The notes under the pieces were generated by a model. The model saw only the letters and a program-made list of their open reading frames with translations. It had not been told where the DNA came from and made no database searches. Source: an uncultured delta proteobacterium (GTDB lineage Bacteria > Desulfobacterota > Syntrophia > Syntrophales > Smithellaceae). From it: DNA of 64,000 bases. The position numbers and the translations under genes were made by a program. The DNA is taken from positions 1,429,859-1,493,858 of the forward strand of contig CAWEQT010000001.1 in the NCBI GenBank assembly GCA_963811325.1, in the 5' to 3' direction. Positions 45,145 to 54,987 of this stretch are shown piece by piece (within the stretch, counting starts at the first letter, position 1; each line of letters begins with the position of its first letter).

Positions 45145-45215
45145 TTCAGGGTGTAGAATTTAAAGGCATGCACGGGCCGAAGAAAATTTTTGTCATCATT
45201 ATCATGCATGAATGA
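45145..45215 (+). pseudogene. Relic of a lutC 3' end (last ~23 codons + stop) fused to the glycerate kinase start
   Basis: By my alignment, 63 of 71 nt are identical to 41690-41760. It translates VQGVEFKGMHGPKKIFVIIIMHE*, versus lutC IQGIEFKGMHGPKKIFVIMIMDES*. Its TGA overlaps ATG 45212 as ATGA. Confidence 0.7.
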
Positions 45216-46594
45216 ATCATTACAAAAAATTAAAACTGAAGAGGAATGCCGTGAATCCTGTTAAAGACCTGGCTAGTATATACTGGGATGCTGTCCGTGA
45301 GGTTGATCCAACAAGTCTCATTCACTCACGGGTGAAAAAGGACGGCCGGACACTGGTCATTCACGGCCAGGACACAAGGATTTCGGAAGACCTCTTGCGC
45401 TATAAACGGATAATTATCCTCGGCATAGGTAAGGCATCGGCCAGCATGGCATCGGCCATGGAGAGCATTATCGGGAATGATCTATCAAAGGGATTAATCA
45501 TTACAAAATACGGACACGGTCTGAATCTCCGGAAAATTAAAGTCATGGAAGCAGGCCACCCTATCCCCGATGAAAACAGCATGGAAGGCGCCCGCCTACT
45601 TGTACAGATGGCGAGCATCGCTGACGAACACACCCTCATCATTAACCTCATCTCAGGCGGAGGCTCATCCCTGTTCTGCCTGCCCATAGACGGAATCAGC
45701 CTTGAAGACAAGAGGAAGACAACCAGGATTCTGCTTTTATCGGGCGCTGCTATTGATGAGATAAACTGCATCAGGAAACATATCTCAAAAGTAAAGGGCG
45801 GAGGCCTTGCACAGATCGCCCACCCGGCAAGACTCATCAACCTCATTTTATCGGACGTGATAGGCGACAGAATCGACACCATCGCTTCAGGTATTACTGC
45901 CCCTGATCCGACGACATTTAACGACGCCCTATTGATCCTGCAAAAATACCATCTTGAGGATAAGTTGCCAAAGACCGTGATAAATCATCTCCGTCTGGGG
46001 GCACAGGGGAGCGTTCCCGAGACGCTCAAAGCAGGCAACCCGGTATTTGGCAATACCGTGAATATCATCCTGGGCAACAATGCACTCGCATGCAGCGCAG
46101 CTTGCAGGTCTGCGCAGAAACTGGGTTATGACGCATGCATCCTCAACACAACCCTGGCAGGAGAGGCATCTCAGGCAGGAGCATGTTTCTCCCTGCTTGC
46201 AAAAGAAATTGACGCGGACAGATCCGGAAAGGCAAAACCTGCCGCTATCATCACCGGAGGCGAGACTACCGTAACGATTCGGGGAAAAGGAAAGGGTGGA
46301 AGAAACCAGGAGATGGCCCTTGCCTTTGCAAGCCAGTTGCACCGCATATGTCCCGGTTCTCAGAACATCTTCTTCCTCTCCGCAGGCACCGATGGGAGTG
46401 ACGGGCCCACGGACGCGGCAGGCGCCTTTGTTACCGCGGAACTCATGGAGAAGATGAAAGATATTTCAGCCCTGGCCTCAGCTTGCCTGAAAGAAAACGA
46501 TGCATATCATTTCTTTTGGGATACGGGTCATCTTTTCACGACAGGCCCAACCTATACTAATGTGTGCGATATCCAGATCCTTATAGTTGTATGA
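45212..46594 (+). CDS. Glycerate 2-kinase / hydroxypyruvate-reductase-like protein (DUF4147 + MOFRL domains)
   Basis: ILGIGKASASMA..., GHPIPD and the MOFRL segment GGETTVTIRGKGKGGRNQEMALAFA are present. Confidence 0.85.
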   Translation: MNHYKKLKLKRNAVNPVKDLASIYWDAVREVDPTSLIHSRVKKDGRTLVIHGQDTRISEDLLRYKRIIILGIGKASASMASAMESIIGNDLSKGLIITKYGHGLNLRKIKVMEAGHPIPDENSMEGARLLVQMASIADEHTLIINLISGGGSSLFCLPIDGISLEDKRKTTRILLLSGAAIDEINCIRKHISKVKGGGLAQIAHPARLINLILSDVIGDRIDTIASGITAPDPTTFNDALLILQKYHLEDKLPKTVINHLRLGAQGSVPETLKAGNPVFGNTVNIILGNNALACSAACRSAQKLGYDACILNTTLAGEASQAGACFSLLAKEIDADRSGKAKPAAIITGGETTVTIRGKGKGGRNQEMALAFASQLHRICPGSQNIFFLSAGTDGSDGPTDAAGAFVTAELMEKMKDISALASACLKENDAYHFFWDTGHLFTTGPTYTNVCDIQILIVV

Positions 46595-46621
46595 AAAATT
46601 GTCTCATCACAGGAGGTTTTT

Positions 46622-47893
46622 ATGTGCGATACTTTAGGAATCGGTACGGAACTCACTGGATCCGGCATCAGCATTTTTGGAAAGAACTCAGACAGGGAGT
46701 CTGACGAAACCCAGCTAGTCCTTTCAGTGCCGTCAAAGAGTTATCCGGAAAAAGAAGACCTGCAATGCACCTATATTACTATTCCTCAGGCGGGTTCAAC
46801 GTATGCCATGGTCATATCCAAGCCTTTCTGGATATGGGGCGCAGAGATGGGAGTGAACGAAAAGGGCGTGGCCATCGGGAACGAGGCCCTGTTCACCAAG
46901 GTCAAACAGGAAAAAAATCATGGACTCATCGGCATGGATCTTTTACGGCTAGCCCTGGAGAGGGGCGCCGATGCCGAAGAAGCGGCACAGGTTATAATCG
47001 AGCTCCTGAAAAGATACGGGCAGGCAGGACCATGCGGATATCGCGACAAGAAGTTTGAATACATGAACTCGTTCATCATCATGGACAGGCATGCCATAAT
47101 CAAACTGGAGACAGCGGGCAGGGATTATGCGCTCAAGCGTTTCACCGGTCATGCCGTGATTTCAAATGGAATAACCATTGCTAAGGACTGGGACTCATCT
47201 TCGCTGGCAGCGGGAACTGATTTCAGTGCATTGAGCAATCCCTTGATTACATTCTTTTCAGGAAGCGCCTTTCGGAGGGACCGGAATCAGGCTTCCATAC
47301 TCAAGGTAAAAGGCCATATCAGCATAACCGATGTCTTTGCAATGTTTCGGGATCATTACGCTTCTTCGCCTGAAAAGGGATTTAATCGTGATGTCTGCAT
47401 GCATGCGTCTGACCCGTTGATCAGGAAGTCGCAGACAACCGGGTCCATGGTGGTTGAATTGCACCCGGATGACAAGTTCAGGATATTTGTAACCGGAGGT
47501 TCCGCGCCGTGTCTCACTGCATTTAAGCCGTTCATGCCTGCTGCGCCTTTCATAGACATCAGAGATGGCGCCGGATATTACTCTGATCATTCATACTGGT
47601 GGAGACATGAGGTCTATCACATCAGTGCAGTCTTGCGCTATGAAGCCGTCAGACCTCTGGCGCAGGGATACATTCTGGACAAGGAGGCACAATGGACTGC
47701 CCGCCTTCCTGTTTATGAATGGAACGATGCGGGAAAGTTATTGGTTGAAACTTCCCACGGTGCGTTCAGGGAGTCGGAGAGTTGGGAAAAGACTATGATT
47801 GAGCGGATGAGAGAAATGAAAAAAACTTCCCTGGGCCTATCTTCCTTGTTCTGGAAGCGTATGGCCCGGCGTTCAGGAGTCCCTGTGGTATGA
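46622..47893 (+). CDS. Ntn-hydrolase, peptidase C69 (secernin-like dipeptidase) family
   Basis: The N-terminal MCDT places the nucleophile Cys at position 2. FGKNSDRESDETQ resembles the secernin/C69 FGKNSxRPxDE motif. GAEMGVNEKGVAIGNEA is present. Confidence 0.6.
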   Translation: MCDTLGIGTELTGSGISIFGKNSDRESDETQLVLSVPSKSYPEKEDLQCTYITIPQAGSTYAMVISKPFWIWGAEMGVNEKGVAIGNEALFTKVKQEKNHGLIGMDLLRLALERGADAEEAAQVIIELLKRYGQAGPCGYRDKKFEYMNSFIIMDRHAIIKLETAGRDYALKRFTGHAVISNGITIAKDWDSSSLAAGTDFSALSNPLITFFSGSAFRRDRNQASILKVKGHISITDVFAMFRDHYASSPEKGFNRDVCMHASDPLIRKSQTTGSMVVELHPDDKFRIFVTGGSAPCLTAFKPFMPAAPFIDIRDGAGYYSDHSYWWRHEVYHISAVLRYEAVRPLAQGYILDKEAQWTARLPVYEWNDAGKLLVETSHGAFRESESWEKTMIERMREMKKTSLGLSSLFWKRMARRSGVPVV

Positions 47894-47970
47894 TCCACTG
47901 ATGCAATGATTTATTTTCACATGAACGTTGAAAGAAATATTTGAATATAATTTTCATTCAATCAACAAAT

Positions 47971-48006
47971 GGAGTGTTGCCCAAAAGGATATTTGGGCAA
48001 CACTCC
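47971..48006. other. Perfect 15-bp hairpin between convergent genes
   Basis: The arms are ggagtgttgcccaaa-aggata-tttgggcaacactcc. On the plus strand it is followed by A6, and on the minus strand preceded by U6, so it is not a canonical U-tract terminator in either direction. Confidence 0.5.
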
Positions 48007-48063
48007 AAAAAAGACTCGATGGAACGGGGGAGAAAGCTTATAAACCGCTTTTTAAGAACTTGA

Positions 48064-49215
48064 TCAAATTTTAATGTCGCCCGCTTTCATTGTTTTTGTC
48101 GCCACGAATATATTAATAGGAAATTTACTGTGTATTTCCTCTATTTTCTTCAATAGCACCGGATAACCGATCATCTTCGCCAGTGCGAACGGCCCAAAAG
48201 GAGTGCCGCCGACACTGGTCATAGCCAGATCAATCTCTTTCGGATCATCGCACACGCCTTCTTCCAGAAGTCTGGTCGCCTCATTGACCTGAAGCGCTAT
48301 CATATGATTCAGATCATATTCCCTGGTAGCTTTCGAAAGATCGATAACGGGACGTCCCTGTGACCAGTCATAAATCCCCTTCCCGCTTTTTTTACCGAGT
48401 TTGTTCGATTTCAGATACGAAAGTATGGCTTCGGAGGGCTTATAGTCTTCAGAAAGGACCTTGGCAAAATATTCCAGCCCGTGAACAGCAACATCGATCC
48501 CTGTATAATCTGTCAGTTCAAAGGGGGCCATAGGCATATGCGGTTTGAAGACCGCATCAAATTCTTCCGGCGCAGGATGCCCGGCTTCCAGTATCTTGGA
48601 GAGAAGCACCAAGGTCGTTTCATTGATGCGATTGTAAATAAACCCCGGAGAATCTTTCTTCACGATGACGGGAACCTTATTTATTTTTTTCGCAATTGCA
48701 TATCCAACCTGGATGGACTCATCAGAGGTTTTCTTGCCTTTAATGACTTCCACAAGTTTCATAAGGATAGCCGGGTTGAAAAAATGGTAGCCGATAACCT
48801 TTTCCTGCCGGCTGGTAGCTGTGGAAATTTCTGTAATGCTCATTGTGGACGTATTGGAGGCAAGGATAGCATGCCTGGGAGCATACTTGTCCAAATCGGC
48901 AAAGACTTTCTTTTTAATTTCCATATTCTCCGGAACAGCCTCGATAATAAAATCGGCATTTTGGGCCGCCTCTTTAATATCAATTGTGGGAGTCAGACGC
49001 GCCAGGGCGTCATCGTAAGCCTCAGGAGAAAGTTTCCCTCTTTCTTTGAATCTGCCTAAACTGTTTTTGATACCGGCCATGCCGCGATCAACAAATTTCT
49101 GATCAATGTCGAACAGATACACATTGTACCCACCGAGAAGGCAGCATGCGGCAATACCATGTCCCATATCGCCCGCTCCTATTACTGTAATATTTTTCAC
49201 TGTTTCAGCTTGCAT
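48064..49215 (-). CDS. 3-hydroxyacyl-CoA (3-hydroxybutyryl-CoA) dehydrogenase
   Basis: ITVIGAGDMGHGIAA is the NAD fold. SNTSTMSI and HFFNP motifs are present, with duplicated C-terminal dimerisation domains. Confidence 0.85.
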   Translation of the reverse strand: MQAETVKNITVIGAGDMGHGIAACCLLGGYNVYLFDIDQKFVDRGMAGIKNSLGRFKERGKLSPEAYDDALARLTPTIDIKEAAQNADFIIEAVPENMEIKKKVFADLDKYAPRHAILASNTSTMSITEISTATSRQEKVIGYHFFNPAILMKLVEVIKGKKTSDESIQVGYAIAKKINKVPVIVKKDSPGFIYNRINETTLVLLSKILEAGHPAPEEFDAVFKPHMPMAPFELTDYTGIDVAVHGLEYFAKVLSEDYKPSEAILSYLKSNKLGKKSGKGIYDWSQGRPVIDLSKATREYDLNHMIALQVNEATRLLEEGVCDDPKEIDLAMTSVGGTPFGPFALAKMIGYPVLLKKIEEIHSKFPINIFVATKTMKAGDIKI

Positions 49216-49475
49216 TATACTTCTCCTTTTTCTACTAAATTATTTTAATCTAAATAACGTTTCACGATTCTAACAGTTCTTAGTTGGTTATATACTTCAT
49301 TTATATACTTTGATCTATAAATAATATATCCAAGCGGATCTACTTGTTCTCTTATAATTTCTAATTCGTCTGTCTCGGCAACTCTGTCTCTGTTATCTTT
49401 ACGGCCTTAAGTAATTCAAAACCGCCGTGTTCGCTGAGGATGGTTCAACCTTGCAGATTGAACTGAAATATTTTT

Positions 49476-49507
49476 CCCCATTAGAAGTGTTCGCACTTCT
49501 AATGGGG
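49476..49507. other. Perfect 14-bp hairpin capped by a UUCG tetraloop
   Basis: The sequence is ccccattagaagtg-ttcg-cacttctaatgggg, lying in a 418-bp intergenic region. No U-tract follows it. Confidence 0.5.
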
Positions 49508-49563
49508 TCAGCATGATTGCTCCAGCCCAGATCAAAAACAAGCGCCTTTGATTTGGCCAGATC

Positions 49564-49604
49564 AAAAAATAAGGGCGGGTGATTTATGACCACCTGCCCT
49601 TATT
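49564..49604 (-). terminator. Rho-independent terminator of the OmpA-like gene
   Basis: On the minus strand AAUAAGGGCAGGUG-loop-CACCCGCCCUUAUU (one mismatch) is followed by UUUUUGAU. It starts ~30 nt after the stop codon. Confidence 0.6.
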
Positions 49605-49633
49605 CCCGGTTTCTAATCGTTTTTGAAAGCCTG

Positions 49634-50431
49634 TTAATCTTTCGGCAACAGGATAATAGCTATACGGCGGTTTTTTGCCCTGCCTTCAGGTGTCTCGTTA
49701 TCAGCAAGCGGCTGATATTCGCCAAACGCTGTCGATGAAAGAATTTTCGGATCAATCCCCTGTTGCTGCAAATATTTTACGACGTTGATCGCCCGCGCCG
49801 CGGATAGCTCCCAATTGGTCGGATAAACTTTGATCAGTTTGCTGGCGATTGGAACATTATCCGTGTGTCCTTCAATGCGGATATTTTTATCTTTTACATT
49901 TTTTAAAATATCAACGACTCTCTTCAGCACGTCCAGTCCTTCTTTTTTCACCTCAGCTTTACCGGAGTCAAAAAGAATTTTATCAACAACATCCATCGTC
50001 AGTTTTCCCTTAAGTTCCGTAATGGTAATTTGTCCCTGCGCGATTTCTCCTTTCATCTCATGGAGAAGATCTTTGTAAGTATCGCTTTGTTTTTCAACCT
50101 CTTTTGATTTTTCCATTAACTGAGCAACATTATCTTTAATCTTGGTATTTTCAGCTTCCAGATCGGCAACCTTCTGGCGGTTTTCAGCAATATTTTTTGA
50201 CAAATCATCCGTTTTGGCTTGTAAAATTTTATTCAACTCGTCCCGGTCACTGGTTACTTTTGCTATTTGCTTCTTGAGGGAAGCATTATCGTCGGTTAGC
50301 GCAGACACCTGCTTGGACAAAGTGTCCGCTTCATTAACTTTCTCCAGGTATTTGCTTTGCTCGACCATGCAGCCATTGCAGAGTAGAGCCATTATAAAAA
50401 TGCCGAAAAATACAGATGCAGTTCTTTTCAT
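49634..50431 (-). CDS. OmpA/MotB-domain lipoprotein with coiled-coil linker
   Basis: The lipobox is LLCNGC. A long coiled coil follows. The C-terminal OmpA-like domain reads IEGHTDNVPI...NWELSAARA...NRRIAIILLP. Confidence 0.85.
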   Translation of the reverse strand: MKRTASVFFGIFIMALLCNGCMVEQSKYLEKVNEADTLSKQVSALTDDNASLKKQIAKVTSDRDELNKILQAKTDDLSKNIAENRQKVADLEAENTKIKDNVAQLMEKSKEVEKQSDTYKDLLHEMKGEIAQGQITITELKGKLTMDVVDKILFDSGKAEVKKEGLDVLKRVVDILKNVKDKNIRIEGHTDNVPIASKLIKVYPTNWELSAARAINVVKYLQQQGIDPKILSSTAFGEYQPLADNETPEGRAKNRRIAIILLPKD

Positions 50432-50747
50432 AAAATCCTCCTTATTAAATTAGGCAAGTCAATCTTCTTCAAAAAAGATTAATGAACTTTGATAAAACTT
50501 CTCTATCTTTCTCTTGAAAGATAGAGAAGTTTCGTTTGTATGTCAATCGTTTTAAAGATGATCATTACCAAATAAAACATAGCATGGATGGGCAGAATTC
50601 GAAAAAACAACATTAGGGGATAAATCCGTTATTTATTTCACTATTATTGTTTAACGATGACAGTCTTCAGAATTAAGAATACAGCATGTAATCCTCAAAG
50701 ATTCTATTGACGGCTGTGTGTTGGTATTATGCCTTTTAGCTTTTTTG

Positions 50748-51734
50748 TTATTCGGCTCCCACTGCTGCCGGCCAAAGATAATAGAAGCCCGTGCGTAAAT
50801 GCATACTTTCCGGAAGCTCAAGATTGACTAGCGGCAGATTCGATTTTCCCGCTGATACCCCGGCGATGTTGTAATAATTATCTTCAGGAACCTCGACGCG
50901 CCGGTAAACGACAACGCGCGTATCCGCCGCCGGCACATTGGCTATTTTCCCTGCTTCATTGACAGCATCGTCGAGATAACCGATTTTGTCCACAAGCCCC
51001 AGTTTCAGTGCTTCATCCGCTGTAAACACACGCGCCGTTGATACTTCGGCCAGTGATTTTGCATCAAGATGGCGATGCTTCTTCACCAATTGGACAAAAC
51101 GATCACCAAAATCATCCACCATTTTTTGCATAAGTTTTTGTTCTTCTTCGGTGCTTTCCCGAAATGGAGAACCCATATCCTTATCCCGGCCAAACTTTTT
51201 GACATCCACGCCCACGCCGATTTTATCCATCAGGCCAAAAAATTTCGGCCGCAGGAAAATCACGCCTACCGAACCGGTAACCGTTGTCGGATGAGCAATA
51301 ATTTCATCAGCCGGTAGAGAGATATAATAGCCACCCGACGCCGCATAATCCATCATCACAACTGCCACCTTCTTTCCTGTTTTCTCTTTGAAAGATAAAA
51401 TTTCATGATATAAGAAATCGCTGGCAGTAATAGTGCCTCCGGGAGAATTTATTTCCAATAATACCGATTTAACTTTCTCGTCATTTGCCGCCTTGTTCAA
51501 CTGCGCAACAATCAGTTCAATCATGCTGGGCTCTGTTTGAAATAACACCTTATCCGGAGCATCGGAAATTGTGCCGTTGATGGGAATCAGCAGAATTTTA
51601 TTTTTGCCGCTGCCATAAAGCGTGTATTCACGGAGCGGTTCCCGCGATACGTTGAATATATTAAGATTTGGTCCGGAACAGGCTATTATCACCACACAAA
51701 AAATTACAGCTGAAATTAAATTAATTATCCGCAT
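50748..51734 (-). CDS. sppA: Signal peptide peptidase SppA (S49 family, 36K type)
   Basis: INSPGG, AASGGYYIS (Ser nucleophile) and GSVGV are present. ATG 51734 lies 9 nt after GGGAGG. It has an N-terminal anchor. Confidence 0.85.
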   Translation of the reverse strand: MRIINLISAVIFCVVIIACSGPNLNIFNVSREPLREYTLYGSGKNKILLIPINGTISDAPDKVLFQTEPSMIELIVAQLNKAANDEKVKSVLLEINSPGGTITASDFLYHEILSFKEKTGKKVAVVMMDYAASGGYYISLPADEIIAHPTTVTGSVGVIFLRPKFFGLMDKIGVGVDVKKFGRDKDMGSPFRESTEEEQKLMQKMVDDFGDRFVQLVKKHRHLDAKSLAEVSTARVFTADEALKLGLVDKIGYLDDAVNEAGKIANVPAADTRVVVYRRVEVPEDNYYNIAGVSAGKSNLPLVNLELPESMHLRTGFYYLWPAAVGAE

Positions 51735-52028
51735 GCCTTTACCTCCCATTAATTAACCTGCATTCTAACAAACCTTGTCAAGGACGTCAATTATTACCGG
51801 AGCATTATTGTAGCGTTTTAAAAGAAGTGGTGAGAGTCGAATAGAACTCCTAAATATTCTTAATCATTACATTTCCTTATGATGTAATTTTACACACACC
51901 CCCAAATGTACCCCCATAAATAAAAATTTACTTTTGTTGTTTGTATCTCTCTACTGTTTTTTTACTTTGTAATATATTCTAACGTTTAAGTTCAGACGCT
52001 ATCTAAGGCGGTCCCCTGGAGCGAAGGG

Positions 52029-52523
52029 TTATGCTGCCGGTGGTAAACCGGCACGAGCTTTGATCGCAAGTCCCTCAAGCCATAACTGATGAAACTTATA
52101 CATTCGATTGGGCATGAACAGATTGCTTAATCTTGCAAGCAAACCGTGCTGCGATTCTTCAGTGATCACATAACACCCTTGGGCGGATGGCTGCAAAACC
52201 CACGCATTATAAGCGTCTATACCAAAAGCGTGAGCGTCCCACGCAATGCGCTCGCCAGGAACATATTCAAGTACTGTAGAAGTGATGATTACACCAAATG
52301 TCTTCCAGCGAAATCGTGTTCCTTTTTGGAGGCTTGGCCCCGTACCTTCAATGATTTTTATATTTGCGGAATTAGCATACCAAGTTGGCCACAGGATTGC
52401 GCGAGTCAACCATGCCCATACGCGTTCTTGCGGGGCAGCCATATCCAATTCATTTCGAACATGAACGGGACAATTGCGAGGTTGGTAATGATCAGGCCAT
52501 TTAATTTCAAGAGACTTTGTCAT
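52029..52523 (-). CDS. SRPBCC (START/polyketide-cyclase-like) family protein
   Basis: 164 aa with the pattern ...APQERVWAWLTRAILWPTWY...GTRFRWKTFG...EYVPGERIAW. GGAGAGGAG SD is present. Confidence 0.65.
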   Translation of the reverse strand: MTKSLEIKWPDHYQPRNCPVHVRNELDMAAPQERVWAWLTRAILWPTWYANSANIKIIEGTGPSLQKGTRFRWKTFGVIITSTVLEYVPGERIAWDAHAFGIDAYNAWVLQPSAQGCYVITEESQHGLLARLSNLFMPNRMYKFHQLWLEGLAIKARAGLPPAA

Positions 52524-52609
52524 CTTAGCTCCTCTCCCTAACTGAACCTATTGGTTAGATCATTTTTACTTTGAAGATAATTCTTTTTCTGTTTTTTCGC
52601 CACTTCTTT

Positions 52610-53113
52610 CTATCCAGGACAAGTCATATCAGTTTGGCATTGTTTTTCCTTTGTCCTTTCCGCGATCCTTGTCTTACGTCTCCTTTTAGCCTCATGGTTT
52701 CGGCGATTCTCCTCATCTGTTTCTACAATCAGAGGAGGTAGTGGCATGGGACGTCCATTAGTATCAAGGGCAACAAAAGTTAAATAGGCGGATGCCGTAT
52801 GACGTCTGTTACCGGTTATTACATTTTCCGATTCTACCCGAACACCGAGTTCCATTGACGTTTTTCCGACAAAGTTTATAGTGGCCCACAAAGTCACAAG
52901 ATCTCCCACAAAAACGGGATTGTGAAAATCTAGCCGGTCAATAGAGGCTGTAACGACATTACTCCTTGAGTGACGGGCAGCCGCGCAGCCGGCCGCATTA
53001 TCAATAAGCCTCATTATAACACCGCCGTGAACGTTTCCGGCAGGATTTGCATCCTGAGGATTCATAAGTTGCGCCATAATGATTCTGCTCTCGCTGACTT
53101 TCTTACCTTCCAT
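52610..53113 (-). CDS. Acyl-CoA thioesterase (hotdog fold, YciA-like) with basic C-terminal tail
   Basis: QDANPAGNVHGGVIMRLIDNAAG and the VTASIDRLDFHNPV motifs are present. Confidence 0.8.
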   Translation of the reverse strand: MEGKKVSESRIIMAQLMNPQDANPAGNVHGGVIMRLIDNAAGCAAARHSRSNVVTASIDRLDFHNPVFVGDLVTLWATINFVGKTSMELGVRVESENVITGNRRHTASAYLTFVALDTNGRPMPLPPLIVETDEENRRNHEAKRRRKTRIAERTKEKQCQTDMTCPG

Positions 53114-53692
53114 ATTTTTCTCCCTTGTTAAAAATTATTTCTCCGGTTAGTTCAACAAAATGTTCAGTATATTGTTACAAAAAATAATTGAATGATGGTT
53201 AGTTGAGCTTAACATGTTTGGTCTTTCAATGTTCCAATTTCAACAAGAACCTTCCGATCGTCCATTTGTTCTTTCGTTCCGTTATGGAATTTCTATAAAT
53301 CCTCTGGCATTGATTTCCGTCCGGCAATATTGCTCGGAATCATATCAATCAATTTACATCCATACTTTGAGATTTGTTTTGCATGGTATAACTTCCCGAG
53401 CGCTTGATTTTGGCCGCGGTTTAAACGCAGTCGTGTTTTGTTGAGTTAAGATACAATAATACATGGGCAAAAACAATAATGATTAATTGGGAGTTTATTG
53501 GTAGGTAATTGCTACTCTACGACATGCCGACTGGACCGCGGAGGGTTTGCTTGTCAAGCTGTAGTCGTTTTGTTCTCATGACAATTTCCGGGGCGTACTT
53601 TAATCGGAGAGCGAATGCCTTGCACGCCGATTCTCATTTGGCAGATATTTTTGCCCTGTGGTGAGCAAAATATCAAGCATTCTTGTGCTTTA

Positions 53693-54940
53693 TTATTGTG
53701 CCGACAGCGAAAGTAAAAATGATCGCAGATTGGTTTTATTATTTTTTATTCCAAGCTTTAAACGAATATTTTTTCTATGAAAATCGACAGCGGTCGCAGA
53801 TATATTCAACAGTTCCGTTATTTCTTTAGTCGTTTTACCTTCCTTCACCAGACTGGCAATTTGTATTTCACGGGGTGTTAAATCAAAATGTTCCGTAGTC
53901 AGCTTTCGTAAAAATGGTGATATAATATCTTTAAGATGTGCCTCTATGATTTCAAGATGAGTTGCCTGATTTTCATTTAGCCTGAGTCCTTTTAATTTCT
54001 CGATATAAGGCAAAACAAGTTTTTTAACGTTGTCGATAACTTTTTGCTCCATTACATTTTGATCTTCTTCTCTATGCCTGAGCAAAACCCGAAGAGCGGT
54101 ATTTATTTCTTCCAAACTAAGAGTTTTAAGGCGCAACTCATTGTCACTATTTTTCAGTTCCGACTCAGCTTTTTTCCGTTCGGTTATGTCCAGAAAAGAA
54201 ACAATATATTCACCGGTGTTTGATATTGGAGCGGAATTGACAATAACGTCCTTAACTTCGTTGTTGCGGTTGATAAAACGAACTTCCCGATGATCAGATG
54301 TATTACGCGAATGTTTTTTGGGGCTTTTTTTCAATTCTATGGTTTTCTTTTGATCATCAATCTGAATGAAATCTATCCAGCTTTTTTTATTTTCAATCTC
54401 TTTTTTTGCGTATCCTGTGAGTTTTTCAAATTCACGATTCGTTAAAATAATAGTGCCGTCATCTTCAACAATAATCATGGCTGTACCTGTATTATCAAAA
54501 ATAGTCCTGTACTTATTTTCCGATTCTTTTAAAGCATTTTCAGCCCTTTGGCGCTCCTGCCGGTCATTGAGTTCCTCCATGGCTCTTTTGACGGATGGAA
54601 CCAACCTCGCCAGTCTGTTTTTTAATACATAGTCAGTTGCTCCTTTTTTAAGAAGTTCAATAGCCAATTCTTCACCTAACGCGCCGGAGACAAAAATAAA
54701 GGGGATTTCCGGATATTTTTCTCCGGCAATTTTTAATGCCGTTTTTCCATCAAACCCCGGCAGGTTATAGTCAGCCAAAATAATATCCGGTTTAAAACCC
54801 TCCAGTGCACTGATAAAAGCTTGTCGCGCAGCAACTCTTTTAGAGACAAACATGAGGCCTGTCTCCCTTAGTTCGTCTTCCATTAATTCTGCATCTGAGG
54901 CTACATCTTCGAGAATTAATATACGTAATTCTTTATCCAT
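53693..54940 (-). CDS. Response regulator: REC - PAS - LuxR/FixJ-type HTH
   Basis: The REC domain is ILILEDVASDAEL...ILADYNLPGFDG...SGA. A PAS segment follows the coiled coil. The C-terminal TPREIQIASLVKEGKTTKEITELLNISATAVDFHRKNIRLKLG is the HTH. ATG 54940 lies after CAGGAGG. Confidence 0.85.
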   Translation of the reverse strand: MDKELRILILEDVASDAELMEDELRETGLMFVSKRVAARQAFISALEGFKPDIILADYNLPGFDGKTALKIAGEKYPEIPFIFVSGALGEELAIELLKKGATDYVLKNRLARLVPSVKRAMEELNDRQERQRAENALKESENKYRTIFDNTGTAMIIVEDDGTIILTNREFEKLTGYAKKEIENKKSWIDFIQIDDQKKTIELKKSPKKHSRNTSDHREVRFINRNNEVKDVIVNSAPISNTGEYIVSFLDITERKKAESELKNSDNELRLKTLSLEEINTALRVLLRHREEDQNVMEQKVIDNVKKLVLPYIEKLKGLRLNENQATHLEIIEAHLKDIISPFLRKLTTEHFDLTPREIQIASLVKEGKTTKEITELLNISATAVDFHRKNIRLKLGIKNNKTNLRSFLLSLSAQ

Positions 54941-54987
54941 AGTCGCCTCCTGAATTAAAATAATTAATATATAATTCGCAATATTTT

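Noticed and set aside
49399-49593. 64-aa minus-strand ORF in the 49.2-49.6 kb intergenic region
   Set aside because: It spans both the terminator and the UUCG hairpin and has no SD. The region is better explained by RNA structures.
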